The notes under the pieces: generated by a model
Seen by the model: the letters and a program-made list of their open reading frames with translations, nothing else
What the model was told of the DNA's origin: nothing
Database searches by the model: none
Program-made: the position numbers and the translations under genes
Source of the DNA: an uncultured Candidatus Saccharibacteria bacterium
Lineage (GTDB): Bacteria; Patescibacteriota; Minisyncoccia; Phycocordibacterales; UBA918
Direction of reading: 5' to 3'
Length of the DNA: 64,000 nucleotides
Assembly: GCA_964552045.1 (NCBI GenBank)
Contig: CAZKFF010000005.1
Coordinates: forward strand, 34,302-98,301
Shown: in pieces, positions 9,591-18,721 of the stretch
Layout of the letters: the number at the start of each line of letters is the position of its first letter
Numbering within the stretch: position 1 is the stretch's first letter

Positions 9591-10880
9591 TCAGAGGTAC
9601 CCCCATGCGCGCAATTGTGCCTCGTCCCGTGCAATGAACCGGGCGCCGATATCGTTCCGGTACATCATTTTCGGCAGGTAGATATCGTTCAGGCGCGCAT
9701 ACGCTTGGCTTGTGGCCTGCTGCATGTTTGGTGCGCACGCCGTTACATATAGAATATACCCTCTGGTGTCGGAAATCGTATACTTCTTGTTAACAAGATC
9801 ATAGCGGACGTCTTCGAAATGAATGTGCTCATCGGGATCCGGTGCAGCGAAATAGATCTCCTGACCTGAAGGGTTGTATTCCTGCAGATGCTTCACGTAC
9901 GGGAACGGAGGCGTTGTCACAAAGACGACAATTCCTTTCCCATCCTTCCAGACGCTGGTGTGCGCAGTGCCGCGCGCGCATGCTGCGATGAGGCCGCCCC
10001 AGCCAGAAGTGAGCATTTCGCTCTGTAGATGGACGATCGGTGATCCGAAGCGGGCTGTTATCTCAAGCGGAAAGACACCTTCAGCATTGACGATGCAGTT
10101 CATATCGATCACCCCGCGATAGCCGATTTTCTGCAGATGCGGCTCGAGCTTCTTGAGCGTCTCGCAAAACAGCGGGTTCTCTTCATCATCAGTGCGCCAG
10201 GCTATGGTCCCCATCTCACTCGTAGAAAGGCCGATGTCCCCCGCCATGAGAGGATTATGTTCGATATTCAGTTCAATATTGCTCACCCATGAGGTTCCGT
10301 TGAAGAAGCGCGACACGGCTATCTCGATCCCTTCGATCTTTCGCTGGAGCGATATTTTTTTGGCATTGGCGCTGTTGAAATCCTTGTACGACCGAAGCAC
10401 GTCAATCGTATCTCTGCCGTCTTCGAGCATCCCCACATAGCTGATGCTGTTGGAGGCTATATCGTTCTTCTTGATGACCCATGCCGCAGGATTGTCTTCA
10501 ATATGCCGGATGGCGAGGTCGATATCCGTAAAATCGAAGATCGGTGAAATGTGCATGCCGTAATGCATAAAGATTCCCTGGGCATACGCGCGGTCGATCT
10601 CCAGAGCCTCGCCTGCGCTTCCGCCACCAAAAACCGCGTACCCCTGTGCGCGGAGGGAATCCTGCAGTTCCCCATCGCCGACATAGTCAAAAACGATAAC
10701 TCCGTCGTTGCCAACCCAGGGAAGTTCGGCCTGCCAGTTGTCTGTCTTTGCAACAAGCCCGCTGAGATTCTCTGAGCGCCCCTCTTCTAAGATGCCCAGC
10801 TTCACTTCATGGCCTTCCTGCTGCAGCAAACGGGCGACATCACCTGCGATCAGATCTTCTGAGACAAAGAGAAACTTCAT
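9591..10880 (-). CDS. PurD-like ATP-grasp ligase (non-canonical GAR-synthetase family)
   Basis: LEIDRAYAQ, SEMGT, LEITARFGSP, MYRNDIG; lacks the N-terminal GSGGREHA of true PurD. Confidence 0.85.
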   Translation of the reverse strand: MKFLFVSEDLIAGDVARLLQQEGHEVKLGILEEGRSENLSGLVAKTDNWQAELPWVGNDGVIVFDYVGDGELQDSLRAQGYAVFGGGSAGEALEIDRAYAQGIFMHYGMHISPIFDFTDIDLAIRHIEDNPAAWVIKKNDIASNSISYVGMLEDGRDTIDVLRSYKDFNSANAKKISLQRKIEGIEIAVSRFFNGTSWVSNIELNIEHNPLMAGDIGLSTSEMGTIAWRTDDEENPLFCETLKKLEPHLQKIGYRGVIDMNCIVNAEGVFPLEITARFGSPIVHLQSEMLTSGWGGLIAACARGTAHTSVWKDGKGIVVFVTTPPFPYVKHLQEYNPSGQEIYFAAPDPDEHIHFEDVRYDLVNKKYTISDTRGYILYVTACAPNMQQATSQAYARLNDIYLPKMMYRNDIGARFIARDEAQLRAWGYL

Positions 10881-10881
10881 G

Positions 10882-11364
10882 TTACTTCCATCGTTCACTC
10901 TGGTACACCGCTGCAACCAAAGCGCATACCGGTTCGTCTGTACATTTTATTGATACGATGTGGTGTTCGATATCGCTCCAGCTTTCCTCAGGACGATTCT
11001 CCACCATTTTGTGGAGTGAGTGTTCGATCTGACGACGCACTTCGTCCGGAGAATGTCCCTCATGTTCGACAAACAGTCCATGGGTTGGTTTTTTCTTTGA
11101 CAGTACCCATCCGATGCCGGCAGCGACTGTCTCGTCCCGTTTTGATGTGCGCATCTGCGCGCAGACCACATAGAGCTTGTGTCCGAACTTTCTCGGGTTG
11201 AGCGTAACTTGCTGTATCTTCGGTTTGAATCCGTACGGGATGATCGAAGAAAGATATAAAAGATTATAATTGGCGACTCCTGCCTTTATAAGCGCGTCGT
11301 CGAATGCTGCTAATTCTGTCGGTCCTTTGCCGATGCCTGATGTGATAGGTATGATCGTATCCAT
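10882..11364 (-). CDS. pdaD: Pyruvoyl-dependent arginine decarboxylase
   Basis: TELAAFDDAL..AGVANYNLLYLSSIIP (Ser-Ser self-cleavage site), GLFVE, LVAAVY. Confidence 0.9.
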   Translation of the reverse strand: MDTIIPITSGIGKGPTELAAFDDALIKAGVANYNLLYLSSIIPYGFKPKIQQVTLNPRKFGHKLYVVCAQMRTSKRDETVAAGIGWVLSKKKPTHGLFVEHEGHSPDEVRRQIEHSLHKMVENRPEESWSDIEHHIVSIKCTDEPVCALVAAVYQSERWK

Positions 11365-11374
11365 AACTAGGTAA

Positions 11375-12286
11375 CTATAACAGGTATAGAAACAGTGTTC
11401 CAAGAGAAACTAACGTGATACCGGCCAGTTTCTGCAGCAGAACCGTACGTGACAGATCTTCAGAAAAAAGTTTTGGAGCTATACACGTAAGCGCGATGCC
11501 AAGAAAGAAGACGAAGATAGGCTGAAACGCTTCAGTGGTCTGGACCAATGCCAGTGGCGCAAGCAATATCGCATACGCAAACAGCACGTCTCCGGCAATC
11601 GTGAGCGTTTCGTTCACGGCGTTGACCCCAAGACCGATGCCGGCATTCTCCCGGATGAAAGTGAAGAATTGCCGCCGGTACGTGTGGTGTACCAGTACAA
11701 AAGCCATTCCCGAAATGACCGTTCCCAATGCCTGCCAGAAAATGCTCGTCCAAAAGGAAGCGTCAGAGGCGACAAACTTAAAGAGCGCATTCATACAGGC
11801 TATGCCGATCGACGCACCGCCGATCATCAAAAGCAGCTTTATCTTGAATTTGCCGGTGGACGCCTCGTATCCGAGCACGAATGAGCCGAAGATAATGATC
11901 GCTCCTGCGATGAGCTGATGCGCCGTCGGCAGTTCATTGAGGAGTAGAAAACCGACGATAAGCGCCGCCACCGGTGTAAGTTGGAAGATGGGCATGACCG
12001 TACTGACGTCATCGTCTTCCAGGGCAAGCAGATAGAGCGTAACCCAGAGCGTGGTCAGTGCTCCTGAGCAAAGCAGAATGAGCGAATGCGAAAGCGGCAG
12101 GTAGAGCATTCCTTTGCTTAAGAACCACGCGATCGGCAGGAGCGTTGCCGGGAACAACGATGAAAGAAGAATGAGCGCGCCGATTCCCGATTCCCTGCTG
12201 AACCGGTCAATAAGATACTTGTCTACCAGATTGACCATAGAGAACAGAAACGCTGCGCACATTCCTAAAAGCAATCCAAGAGTCAT
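11375..12286 (-). CDS. EamA/DMT family transporter
   Basis: About 10 TM helices in two repeats; VSTVMPIFQLTP and LLNE motifs. Confidence 0.88.
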   Translation of the reverse strand: MTLGLLLGMCAAFLFSMVNLVDKYLIDRFSRESGIGALILLSSLFPATLLPIAWFLSKGMLYLPLSHSLILLCSGALTTLWVTLYLLALEDDDVSTVMPIFQLTPVAALIVGFLLLNELPTAHQLIAGAIIIFGSFVLGYEASTGKFKIKLLLMIGGASIGIACMNALFKFVASDASFWTSIFWQALGTVISGMAFVLVHHTYRRQFFTFIRENAGIGLGVNAVNETLTIAGDVLFAYAILLAPLALVQTTEAFQPIFVFFLGIALTCIAPKLFSEDLSRTVLLQKLAGITLVSLGTLFLYLL

Positions 12287-12287
12287 A

Positions 12288-12773
12288 TCAGGTCAGGAAA
12301 AGAATAATGATCGGAGCGATAAGCCAGTAGAAGAACGAACCTTCTGAACCAAAGAGGAATTGTATTGGGGATCCGGGCGTGATAATGTCCGTTACCGGCA
12401 GCGCATGGTAGCTGAATGCCATAACGAGCATCGTCGCTCCAGCAGCCAGGAGTATTTTTCTCCAGAAACCTTCGAATTTCTTCTCGCTGTACTCCCGGGG
12501 CATTAGTCGCGCAAAGAGGATGGTTCCGCCGAGTGTGAATAGTCCGAAAACGATGAGCATGAGAATGGACTCGGTTTTCTCATTACTCGTGGCGCCCAAA
12601 ATGACCTCATAGTACGGAAACTCAATGGAGATGAGGAGTGCAAAATAGAGGCCGAGAATGATGTTCGTGATTGACTGCCTTCCTGCAGAGACTGCATACG
12701 CCAAAAAGCAGACAAACACGAGTATGAGGAAGAGATATTCCTGAACAGCGGTTGCTAAAGCAGCAGTGTCCAT
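12288..12773 (-). CDS. Hypothetical integral membrane protein
   Basis: 4-5 TM helices; TATAAT 6 nt before ATG at 12773. Confidence 0.75.
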   Translation of the reverse strand: MDTAALATAVQEYLFLILVFVCFLAYAVSAGRQSITNIILGLYFALLISIEFPYYEVILGATSNEKTESILMLIVFGLFTLGGTILFARLMPREYSEKKFEGFWRKILLAAGATMLVMAFSYHALPVTDIITPGSPIQFLFGSEGSFFYWLIAPIIILFLT

Positions 12774-12826
12774 AGTCCTATTATAGTCAGTCCGGACGGA
12801 CACACAGCAGCAGCGGTGGGATAACT

Positions 12827-13228
12827 CTACATCCTGTCAATGGCGTATTTTGCGGCATCCTGCACATGCTTGAACCGGTCACCCATCAATTTCACTCCAC
12901 CGAACCAGCGGGTAACGCAGATGATGCAATTAACCACGTCTTCCTTCTCCATGATACGCAGGATGACCATGCCGGCTCCTGTTTCCTTGTCGTCATGTTT
13001 GGATTCGAAAATAGCCTCATGATACGCTACCCGGAGCGCATAGCTATTGTGCGTTGCGCGCGCATATCGTTTGTTCTTCTTAAGCGTTTTCAGGAATGCT
13101 TTTGCCTCCTCGCGGTTCTCTACCCTGCCGATGGACACAGAGTAGCGACTTCCGCGGTCGGCGATGATGTGTTCATAAAGTGTGAAAGAATCTTTGGGTT
13201 CCTTGGTGTTATTGAAATGTATTCGCAT
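12827..13228 (-). CDS. YigZ/IMPACT family protein (N-domain only)
   Basis: ATHNSYA, HDDKE.GAG, VTRWFGGVKL. Confidence 0.9.
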   Translation of the reverse strand: MRIHFNNTKEPKDSFTLYEHIIADRGSRYSVSIGRVENREEAKAFLKTLKKNKRYARATHNSYALRVAYHEAIFESKHDDKETGAGMVILRIMEKEDVVNCIICVTRWFGGVKLMGDRFKHVQDAAKYAIDRM

Positions 13229-13259
13229 AAATAAAGACAGGCTCTTTCGAGCCGTCTTG

Positions 13260-14330
13260 TTAGATCCCCTCGTTTCTGAGCTCTTCGATCAGCTTCTTTG
13301 CTTTGCGGGACAGCTTCTGGGGGATATCAATGTAGATCTTCACCATGAAATCTCCTCGGGCATTACCGCCCTGCGGCACGCCTTTGCCTTTGATACGCAA
13401 GAGCTCACCATGCTTCACTCCTTCAGGCACTTTGATCTCGATATTTCCGTCAAGGGTTGCAACTGAATAGGTATTTCCCAACAGCGCATCAGAGAGCTTG
13501 ATATGGAGGGCTGTGGTGAGCGTCGTGCCGTCGCGGGTGATCGTCTGGTGCGGTTTGACGTGGATCTTCACATAGAGATCGCCCGGTATGCCGCCCTGAA
13601 TAGCCTCCCCGCGGCCCGTCATACGGATCATTTCACCGTTCTGGATCCCGGCAGGGATCGCAATACTGATCTCATCTTCGCTGCGGACAACACCCGCCCC
13701 ACGGCAGAATTCGCAGTGCTCTTTCGGAACCTTGCCGGTACCGTTGCAGACGTTGCATTCGCGGACGGTCTGGAAGGTACCCATGATGCTTCTGCGCGTC
13801 TCGCGTACGCGGCCGTTGCCGTTGCAGGTGGTGCAGGTAATGTATTCAGTACCTTTCTTTGCGCCGGTTCCGTCGCAGTGCGTGCAGGTGTTGTTCTTTG
13901 TCACCAAGACCTTGCGTGAGGTGCCGAATACGGCATCAGCAAAAGAAAGCTCAATGTCGATTGAAATGTCACGTCCGCGACTTTGTCGTGAAGAGCCGCC
14001 GCCGAATACATCGCCGAAGATATCATTGATATTGAACTCGAAGGAGCCGTCGCCTGCGGCGTTCTGGAAATCTGCCCAGTTGAATCCTCCGAAGCCCGCA
14101 GCTCCGCCGCCCGCTCCCTGAAAGGCGTGGCCGTATGCGTCGTACTCTGCACGCTTCTTATCGTCGCCGAGGACCGCGTATGCTTCGCTTATTTCTTTGA
14201 ACTTCGCTTCGTCGCCTGTTTGTTTGTCGGGATGATATTTGGCAGCAAGCTTCCGGAAAGCCTTTTTGATATCGTCTTTGGTCGCTGTCTTTTCGACGCC
14301 GAGTATTGCGTAGTAGTCTTGTTTTGCCAT
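13260..14330 (-). CDS. dnaJ: Chaperone DnaJ
   Basis: HPD J-domain, G/F region, four CxxCxGxG repeats. Confidence 0.97.
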   Translation of the reverse strand: MAKQDYYAILGVEKTATKDDIKKAFRKLAAKYHPDKQTGDEAKFKEISEAYAVLGDDKKRAEYDAYGHAFQGAGGGAAGFGGFNWADFQNAAGDGSFEFNINDIFGDVFGGGSSRQSRGRDISIDIELSFADAVFGTSRKVLVTKNNTCTHCDGTGAKKGTEYITCTTCNGNGRVRETRRSIMGTFQTVRECNVCNGTGKVPKEHCEFCRGAGVVRSEDEISIAIPAGIQNGEMIRMTGRGEAIQGGIPGDLYVKIHVKPHQTITRDGTTLTTALHIKLSDALLGNTYSVATLDGNIEIKVPEGVKHGELLRIKGKGVPQGGNARGDFMVKIYIDIPQKLSRKAKKLIEELRNEGI

Positions 14331-14369
14331 GGTAATTCTGTTAGTTGATGAAGGCTAGCCGCCTCTATG

Positions 14370-14396
14370 ATGGATACAACCCCCTGTTGTATCCAT
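14370..14396. other. Intergenic hairpin between dnaK and dnaJ
   Basis: ATGGATACAAC-N5-GTTGTATCCAT, 11-bp perfect stem. Confidence 0.6.
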
Positions 14397-14410
14397 GAAG
14401 AGTCAGCTAT

Positions 14411-16282
14411 TTATTGCCCTTCCTCCTTCTTGGGTTCTTCATTGGTCACCTCAGCATCGCGGACAGGGTCTTCGCCCTGCGCCGCCTGTTGCATGATCTC
14501 GCCGATCTTCTGCATTTCAGCAGAAAGCTCCTGTGTGGCCGCCTCTATGGCCGCTTTGTCGTCTGTTCCCTTCACCTCATTCACTTTCGCTATTTTCTCG
14601 TTGATGCTTGTTTTTGTCGCGTCATCGACCTTATCGTTGTGGTCGCGCAGCGCTTTTTCAGCGGTGTATACCATCTGGTCAGCGAGATTGCGCGTTTCGA
14701 TGAGCTCTTTCTTCTTCGCGTCCTCGTCCGCATGCTCTTCTGCTTCTTTCTTCATGCGTTCGATGTCGTCTGAAGAGAGTCCGGAACTCGCTTCAATGCG
14801 GATCGACTGCTCTTTGCCGGTTGATTTGTCAACAGCTTTCACGTTGAGCACACCATTGCTGTCCACGTCGAAGATGACCTCTATCTGCGGCACTCCCCGC
14901 GGAGCCGGCGGAATGCCGTCGAGGACAAAGCGTCCGAGTGATTTGTTTTCGGAAGCCAGTGCGCGTTCTCCCTGGACGATGTGTATTTCGGTCGATGTTT
15001 GATTATCTGATGCGGTTGAGAACACCTGTTCTTTCTTGGTCGGGATGTGCGTGTTCTTCTCGATGAGCTTTGTTGCGACGCCTCCCATGGTCTCGATGCC
15101 GAGCGACAGCGGAATGACGTCAACGAGCGTAATGTCCTGCACGTCTCCCTGGAAGATACCGGCCTGGATCGCTGCACCGATCGCAACAACCTCGTCAGGA
15201 TTTACTGTCTTGTTTGGCTCCTTGCCGAAGAGCTTTTTCACCGCCTCAACAATTGCCGGCATACGTGTCTGGCCGCCGACAAGGATGATTTCATCGATCT
15301 CCTCTTTCTTGAATGGTGATGCCTCGAGTGCACGCTTGGTGATCTCGATAGAACGGTCGATGAACGATGCTGCGATCTCCTCAAGCTTTGAGCGGGTGAG
15401 TGTGATAAGCAGATGCTTCGGCCCATCCGCACCTGAAGTGATGAACGGAATGTTGATCTCCGTTTCGCCTGAAGATGAGAGCTCGTGCTTGGCTTTTTCA
15501 GATGCTTCATCAAGACGCTGCAAGGCGAGCGGGTCTTTGCCGAGATCTATACCTTCGCATTTCTTGAACTCCGCGATGAGGTGGCGAACGATCTCCTGGT
15601 CGATATCACGGCCTCCCATGTGAGCGTCACCGTCAGTTGACTGTACTTCAACGACCTCATCGCCCACTTCGAGCACCGTCACATCGAATGTACCTCCGCC
15701 GAAGTCATACACGACGATCTTCTCGTCTTTTTTCTTGTTGAAACCATATGCAAGCGCAGCCGCTGTCGGTTCATTGATGATACGCTTCACATCCAATCCT
15801 GCGATCTTTCCCGCGTCCTGTGTCGCTTTGCGTTGCGCGTCATTGAAGTATGCCGGCACAGTGATGACCGCTTCGGTGATCTTCTCTCCGAGTTTCGCTT
15901 CGGCATCCGCCTTGAGCTTTGCAAGTATCATTGCTGACACTTCCTCGGGGCGGTAATCCTTTTCACCCATATGCACTACAACACCGCCGTCATGTCCTTC
16001 TTTCACCGCATACGGGACGATCGTCTTATCCTTCTGCACGGCCTCCTCGTTAAAGTTATGTCCCATGAACCGCTTGATACCGTATATAGTGTTCTGTGGG
16101 TTCGTTACGGCCTGTCGCTTGGCGATCTGGCCCACGAGACGTTCCTTTGTCTTCGAGATGGCGACGATTGAAGGTGTTGTTCTGTTCCCTTCCGCGTTCT
16201 CAATGATCACCGGCTCCCCGGCCTCGATAATCGCCATCGCCGAGTTAGTTGTTCCAAGGTCAATACCTAAAATTTTTGCCAT
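14411..16282 (-). CDS. dnaK: Chaperone DnaK
   Basis: [25 protein letters not shown]. Confidence 0.98.
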   Translation of the reverse strand: MAKILGIDLGTTNSAMAIIEAGEPVIIENAEGNRTTPSIVAISKTKERLVGQIAKRQAVTNPQNTIYGIKRFMGHNFNEEAVQKDKTIVPYAVKEGHDGGVVVHMGEKDYRPEEVSAMILAKLKADAEAKLGEKITEAVITVPAYFNDAQRKATQDAGKIAGLDVKRIINEPTAAALAYGFNKKKDEKIVVYDFGGGTFDVTVLEVGDEVVEVQSTDGDAHMGGRDIDQEIVRHLIAEFKKCEGIDLGKDPLALQRLDEASEKAKHELSSSGETEINIPFITSGADGPKHLLITLTRSKLEEIAASFIDRSIEITKRALEASPFKKEEIDEIILVGGQTRMPAIVEAVKKLFGKEPNKTVNPDEVVAIGAAIQAGIFQGDVQDITLVDVIPLSLGIETMGGVATKLIEKNTHIPTKKEQVFSTASDNQTSTEIHIVQGERALASENKSLGRFVLDGIPPAPRGVPQIEVIFDVDSNGVLNVKAVDKSTGKEQSIRIEASSGLSSDDIERMKKEAEEHADEDAKKKELIETRNLADQMVYTAEKALRDHNDKVDDATKTSINEKIAKVNEVKGTDDKAAIEAATQELSAEMQKIGEIMQQAAQGEDPVRDAEVTNEEPKKEEGQ

Positions 16283-16304
16283 AATTGTTGTATCAGATTA
16301 TGTA

Positions 16305-16907
16305 TTAATCACCGCTATATTCTCCAACAGTTACCCGTGCAGGCCGGATGAGTTCCACTTTGTCACCGATCTTCCGTATAAATCCATTCTGAATGACCTG
16401 CATGATCTTGTGATGATCATCCTTCGTGTCCACGCTTACATTCGTCATCGCTTCGTGGACAGTGGGATCGAACATCTCGCCCTGTGGATGCACTTCCTCC
16501 ACCCCGTACGAGGCGAGGATCGCATACAGCTGGTTATGGATGTTCTCTATGCCCTTTCTCCAGGTTGCATCAATAGCTTCCCATGCCTGCTTGTCGCTCA
16601 TCGCCATATGGAAGCTATCGCACAATGGGAGGAGCTTCTCTATCTGGGCAGATACCGCCCGCTCCTTATCCCGCTGGCGCTCCTCCTCAAGCCTGCGTTT
16701 GCCGTTGAGGAATTCCGCTTTCGCACGCTGGAGATTTTCCAGGTGATCCATCTTCTCCTGCTCACAATCCTTCAATTGCTGCTTCAGTTTTTTGATCGTT
16801 CCGGCGCTATTTTCCTCGATGTCCACAAGCTCATCCTCACGCGCGACATCGTCTCCTGTTGGCTCGAAGTCATCCTGCATTTCGTCTTCGTTGTTCATAT
16901 CTTTCAT
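16305..16907 (-). CDS. grpE: Nucleotide exchange factor GrpE
   Basis: RAKAEFLN, FDPTVHEA, IRPARV; TATAAT just upstream supports start at 16907. Confidence 0.95.
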   Translation of the reverse strand: MKDMNNEDEMQDDFEPTGDDVAREDELVDIEENSAGTIKKLKQQLKDCEQEKMDHLENLQRAKAEFLNGKRRLEEERQRDKERAVSAQIEKLLPLCDSFHMAMSDKQAWEAIDATWRKGIENIHNQLYAILASYGVEEVHPQGEMFDPTVHEAMTNVSVDTKDDHHKIMQVIQNGFIRKIGDKVELIRPARVTVGEYSGD

Positions 16908-17104
16908 AGCGAATCGCATTATAACGATGATTTCCACACATGTAAAGACTTTGAAGATCGTCCGTGCAGCTGACCGTATATACAGACTGGATACGACATT
17001 GCCCACACAAGGAGGCACAGGAGCCATAGTATTTGCTGTTTTTTACAGAATGCATTTTTTGTGTCGCAACTCTCATTCGCCGTGCAGACTTGATACAATA
17101 GAGG

Positions 17105-17349
17105 CACCACCGCGAGGTGGGATGTTGTGAACACCACAGTTCATTGATCTGTGACTCACACTGCCTGAACTGCTAGAGGCTCGATCGCAAGAGGAAGCAT
17201 CTAGACCATGGGCACGCAGCGCATCGCAGAAGGAGAAGGCAGAGAGGTTTCTGAAATCTCTAACTCTTGGAGGTAAACACAGAGTGAACTGCCGAAATAG
17301 TTCGCAGGCGCAGCAGCAAAAAACCGGACTTTGTCCGGTTTTTTGCTGC
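17105..17349 (+). ncRNA. Putative structured ncRNA of unknown family
   Basis: Extended -10 TGaTACAAT at 17091-17099, several hairpins with GNRA-type loops, and a terminator at the 3' end. Confidence 0.5.
17313..17349. terminator. Bidirectional intrinsic terminator
   Basis: GCAGCAAAAAACCGGAC-TTT-GTCCGGTTTTTTGCTGC. Confidence 0.8.
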
Positions 17350-17463
17350 GTAACGTTTCGGGACTGGAGTAAATAATAAACCTTTAGCGTTTTGGTCACG
17401 GTTACAAAAAGATACCTATCGTTTCCTCACGAGTTACTAACTATAGAAGCTCCTCACAAAATA

Positions 17464-17503
17464 AGTAAAGCACGTAACTCCGTTGAAAATTACGTGCTTT
17501 ACT
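17464..17503 (-). terminator. Probable terminator of the r-protein operon
   Basis: AGTAAAGCACGTAA/TTACGTGCTTTACT stem followed by a T-rich tract on the minus strand. Confidence 0.6.
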
Positions 17504-17579
17504 AATCTGTTTCCACCTACACCCGCGTAAACATCGGGTGTTCCAGCCTGAAGGCTGGACCGGAGTAAAAGATAAGAAG

Positions 17580-17981
17580 TTATCTTTTACTCCACTGTGG
17601 TCGTCGTCGTGCTTTGAGGAGTCCAAACTTCTTTCGTTCAACTGAACGGGCGTCACGCTTGAGGAACCCGAGCGGCTTCAGTACTGATCGGCGTGCAGCC
17701 TTCTCAGCTACAAGCGCACGTGCAATGCCGAGACGTATTGCTTCAGCCTGTGCGGAGAGTCCGCCTCCCTGGACCTTTGCCGTGATAGCGTAGTCTTCGA
17801 TACCGGCATCTTTCGCGCCAAGTACCGACATGACGTCCTTTTGATGCGCAGCACTCTTAAAGTACTCTGCAAGCGGAGCCTCGTTCACAAGGACCGACGT
17901 AGCTTTAGCAGGGGTAAGACGAACACGCGCAGTTGAAGTCTTACGTCGTCCGATACCTTCTGTATATTTTTCCGTTGCCAT
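17580..17981 (-). CDS. rpsI: 30S ribosomal protein S9
   Basis: GRRKTS, ERKKFG, QWSKR. Confidence 0.98.
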   Translation of the reverse strand: MATEKYTEGIGRRKTSTARVRLTPAKATSVLVNEAPLAEYFKSAAHQKDVMSVLGAKDAGIEDYAITAKVQGGGLSAQAEAIRLGIARALVAEKAARRSVLKPLGFLKRDARSVERKKFGLLKARRRPQWSKR

Positions 17982-17987
17982 AATAAT

Positions 17988-18350
17988 TTATTCAGTTACC
18001 GTTAGATTCTTCATCATAACGCTCTGGAGCTTGTTCTTCGGGAGCATACCTTTAACCGTTCGCCGTACCGCCTCTTTGTAACCAAGTCGGTTGCCAAGGT
18101 GTTCCAACGTTTCCGTTCTGCGTCCTCCTGGATATCCGGAATATGATTGATACACCTCTTTGCTCTTTTTCTCAGAAACGTCCATTTTGCTCGCGTTGGT
18201 GACCGTTACCGAAACAGCTGGCGCAATATTGCGGGCGAATGCTGCAGAGTTTTTGCCGATGAGATATGAGGCTGCTTCAGTTGCGACCTTTCCCAGACGC
18301 TTGCCCTTTGCATCGATCGTGTATTCTTTTTTTACAATATTATTTTCCAT
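17988..18350 (-). CDS. rplM: 50S ribosomal protein L13
   Basis: IDAKGKRLG, SGYPGG, VKGMLPKN. Confidence 0.97.
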   Translation of the reverse strand: MENNIVKKEYTIDAKGKRLGKVATEAASYLIGKNSAAFARNIAPAVSVTVTNASKMDVSEKKSKEVYQSYSGYPGGRRTETLEHLGNRLGYKEAVRRTVKGMLPKNKLQSVMMKNLTVTE

Positions 18351-18359
18351 AGCTCACTA

Positions 18360-18713
18360 TTACACGTACTCAATTACCGCTTCACTGCGTCCTGCAAGGG
18401 TGCGTCCCATTTTAATAATGCGTGTATAACCGCCATTCCGCTCTTTGTATCCTGGAGCGATCTCGTCAAAAAGCTTCTTGATGATCATCTCGTTCGGCTC
18501 TCCAAGCACCGATGCTGCGCGTCGGCGTGAAGCAACAGTATTCTCCTTCCCGTAGGTCACGAGACGGTCAGCAAATGAAGCAAGCTCCTTCGCTTTCGCT
18601 TCAGTTGTTTTGATCTTGCCCTCAGTGATGAGTGAAATAGCGAGCCCACGCATTAGAGCTGTCCGCTGATCGCGGGAACGTCCGAATTTTCTGTTTTGAT
18701 TTCCGTGTCGCAT
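18360..18713 (-). CDS. rplQ: 50S ribosomal protein L17
   Basis: MRHG, IKTTEAKAKE, RNGGYTRI. Confidence 0.98.
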   Translation of the reverse strand: MRHGNQNRKFGRSRDQRTALMRGLAISLITEGKIKTTEAKAKELASFADRLVTYGKENTVASRRRAASVLGEPNEMIIKKLFDEIAPGYKERNGGYTRIIKMGRTLAGRSEAVIEYV

Positions 18714-18721
18714 AGTTCTGT

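Noticed and set aside
9591-10880. Gene symbol purD / purine biosynthesis
   Set aside because: Canonical N-terminal motif missing and no pur context
16065-16973. 302-aa + strand ORF, and many other long antisense ORFs over dnaK, aspS, atpA and others
   Set aside because: Shadow frames opposite well-conserved genes, with no motifs of their own
16930-17010. DnaA-box-like CCACA words suggesting oriC
   Set aside because: Only poor matches, not clustered, no dnaA nearby
16908-17090. CIRCE operator upstream of grpE-dnaK-dnaJ
   Set aside because: No TTAGCACTC-N9-GAGTGCTAA found; no hrcA in the window
17180-17310. Resemblance of the ncRNA to RNase P (GAGGAA, GGTAAAC) or a glycine riboswitch (GAAGGAG, AACTCT..AGG)
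   Set aside because: P4 pseudoknot strands and CR-V of RNase P are absent; glycine aptamer core does not match and there is no downstream + strand gene
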